A stretch of 64,000 nucleotides of DNA from Candidatus Vogelbacteria bacterium (lineage in GTDB: Bacteria; Patescibacteriota; Minisyncoccia; Phycocordibacterales; XYD1-FULL-46-19), in contig CAIPHT010000015.1 in the NCBI GenBank assembly GCA_903864935.1, positions 6,618 through 70,617 on the forward strand, read 5' to 3'. The notes beneath the pieces were generated by a model, which was not told the origin of the DNA, did not search any database, and worked only from the letters and a program-made list of their open reading frames with translations. A program made the position numbers and the translations under genes. Shown here piece after piece: positions 62,753 to 64,000 of the stretch (positions within the stretch are counted from its first letter, which is position 1; the number at the start of each line of letters is the position of its first letter).

Positions 62753-64000
62753 GTGATTAAGTTTAAATTTTTTCTTGCTGTTAGTTTTTTGATCGGAGCG
62801 TTTCTCGGGGTTTTGTCGGTGTCGGCCGCGACGGTTGGTTCAGCGAATAATCTTGGCTTGGTCGGTTATTGGCCTTTGGATGAAGGCCGCGGCACTTCTG
62901 TTGGGGACATGAGCGGTAAAGGTAATAACGGTTCAATAATTGGTAGCCCTGTCTGGTCTCTGGGTAATCGTTCGAGAGCCTTAAGATTTGACGGAGTAGA
63001 CGATAATATCCAAGTTCCTTCTTCAAGTAGCTTAAATCCGGGGCCAGATATGACCATGGCCGCTTGGGTTTATTGGGCTGGAGGGACTGGAGACAAAAAT
63101 ATCATAACCAAAGAGAGTTCTTATGAAATGAGAGTTAATGGCGGTTATGTTAATTATGCCACTACCCCTTGGGATTGGCGGGGAGGAACAAGTTCTCCGG
63201 TAAGTCAAAATCAATGGGCTTTTGTTGCCGTCACAAATGATGCTGACGGGCTACAAAAAATCTATATCAATGGGGTAGAAAAGTTCAGCTATTCTTCTGG
63301 TGGAGCGATTGTCTCTAATACTAATCCTTTAGAGATTGCTTCTCGTTATACAGGAACAATAAACTTTTTTAATGGCCTTATTGATGAACCAAGAGTTTAT
63401 AACCGGGTTTTATCAGCGGATGAAATTTTGAAGTTATATCAAACGGGGGCGGTTAATTATAACGTTTCGCGAACAAATAATCCGCTTACTTCTAGCTTGG
63501 TCGGTCACTGGACCTTCGATGGGAAAAGTCTGACAAACACTACCGCACTGGATCTTTCGGTGTCTGGGAATAACGGATCCTTGGTTGATGGAGCTGTACC
63601 TGGAATTGGTAGGATAGGTCAGTCTATTAAATTGAATGGGCTCAATAGCCGAGTTCATATTTCTGATGTGGCTAGTCTTAAATATGTCGGAGGAGATATG
63701 ACAATTTCTCTTTGGACCTTTATTAATCCCAGCGAGACAGGAGGAGCGACTATCGTGAGTAAACCATGGAATGGGTCTGGCCAGTATAATTATCGAATAA
63801 CTTTGACAGCTGCTAGGAGAATACAAATTAACTTGTATGCCGACGCTGGTTTCACTTCTGCTCTTAGCACTAATGCCCTGACTGTCGGGGAGTGGCATAA
63901 TATTATATTGAAGCTGACAACTGATAAAAAAGTTCAAGTATTTATTGACGGTAATCTTGAGATTAATGACTCGCACGGATTCACTAATTGGGTCCCTGGT
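62753..64000 (+). CDS. Secreted protein with tandem LamG/concanavalin-A-like lectin domains (GTG start; the 3' end lies beyond the window)
   Basis: Signal peptide VIKFKFFLAVSFLIGAFLGVLSVSAA. LVGYWPLDEG...GNNGSIIGSPVWSLGNRSRALRFDGVDDNIQV...MTMAAWVY fits the LamG_3 pattern twice. The frame stays open to nt 64000. Confidence 0.55.
   Translation, partial: MIKFKFFLAVSFLIGAFLGVLSVSAATVGSANNLGLVGYWPLDEGRGTSVGDMSGKGNNGSIIGSPVWSLGNRSRALRFDGVDDNIQVPSSSSLNPGPDMTMAAWVYWAGGTGDKNIITKESSYEMRVNGGYVNYATTPWDWRGGTSSPVSQNQWAFVAVTNDADGLQKIYINGVEKFSYSSGGAIVSNTNPLEIASRYTGTINFFNGLIDEPRVYNRVLSADEILKLYQTGAVNYNVSRTNNPLTSSLVGHWTFDGKSLTNTTALDLSVSGNNGSLVDGAVPGIGRIGQSIKLNGLNSRVHISDVASLKYVGGDMTISLWTFINPSETGGATIVSKPWNGSGQYNYRITLTAARRIQINLYADAGFTSALSTNALTVGEWHNIILKLTTDKKVQVFIDGNLEINDSHGFTNWVPG

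Noticed and set aside
1-64000. Alternative genetic code (UGA read as Gly, as in some CPR lineages)
   Set aside because: An intact RF2 gene is present, and long conserved genes (pyrG, gatA, nadV, the helicase) terminate cleanly at or contain no in-frame TGA that would need read-through.
1-64000. CRISPR array
   Set aside because: No series of regularly spaced direct repeats with unique spacers was seen. The only short tandem repeat is a 3x tttctaa at 2441-2461, which lacks spacers.

Overview
This 64-kb window appears to come from a low-GC (~43%) small-genome bacterium, probably Candidate Phyla Radiation (Parcubacteria-like). It uses the standard genetic code: UGA behaves as a stop codon throughout and an intact prfB is present. 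Housekeeping genes on the + strand at the 5' end are ligA (3' part), a pseudouridine synthase, gatC, gatA, a tRNA array, prfB, ftsE, ftsX and pyrG. Next comes a REP/RAYT-like Y1 transposase module followed by a block of minus-strand genes (10.6-18.6 kb). Then come a tRNA-Gln, a GIY-YIG gene and an NrtR-controlled high-GC NAD-salvage island (nadV, Nudix, PncC-like/NMNAT) at 20.3-24.5 kb. After that lie a low-GC block of small accessory ORFs (24.5-28.5 kb), then gpsA, a PaaX-like regulator and a UvrD/PD-(D/E)xK helicase-nuclease. The rest is a minus-strand block (MFS transporter, RNase J, a family-5 binding protein, secG, YggU), then LemA, HtpX and a 3' end dominated by surface proteins: a beta-helix protein, a 1370-aa giant protein, a lamin-tail-domain protein, and a locus of three paralogous secreted proteins with a DUF916-like anchor protein, an FN3 protein and a LamG protein. 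Seven tRNAs were found by hand-folding. Features of particular interest are: (i) a dispersed family of long palindromes with a TGACGG-N-CGTCA core, two of which bracket the PaaX-like regulator gene; (ii) two near-identical leader-ORF-terminator cassettes carrying unrelated small ORFs at 39.6-40.6 kb; (iii) a Y1 transposase flanked by inverted REP-like hairpins with a third in-frame copy inside the gene; (iv) nuclease genes embedded in or next to tRNA genes, namely an HNH gene with a perfect consensus leaderless promoter and two GIY-YIG paralogs; (v) a second REP-like hairpin family that acts as terminators; (vi) several high-GC islands that look horizontally acquired. Every functional call is made from motifs recognised by eye and no database search was possible.
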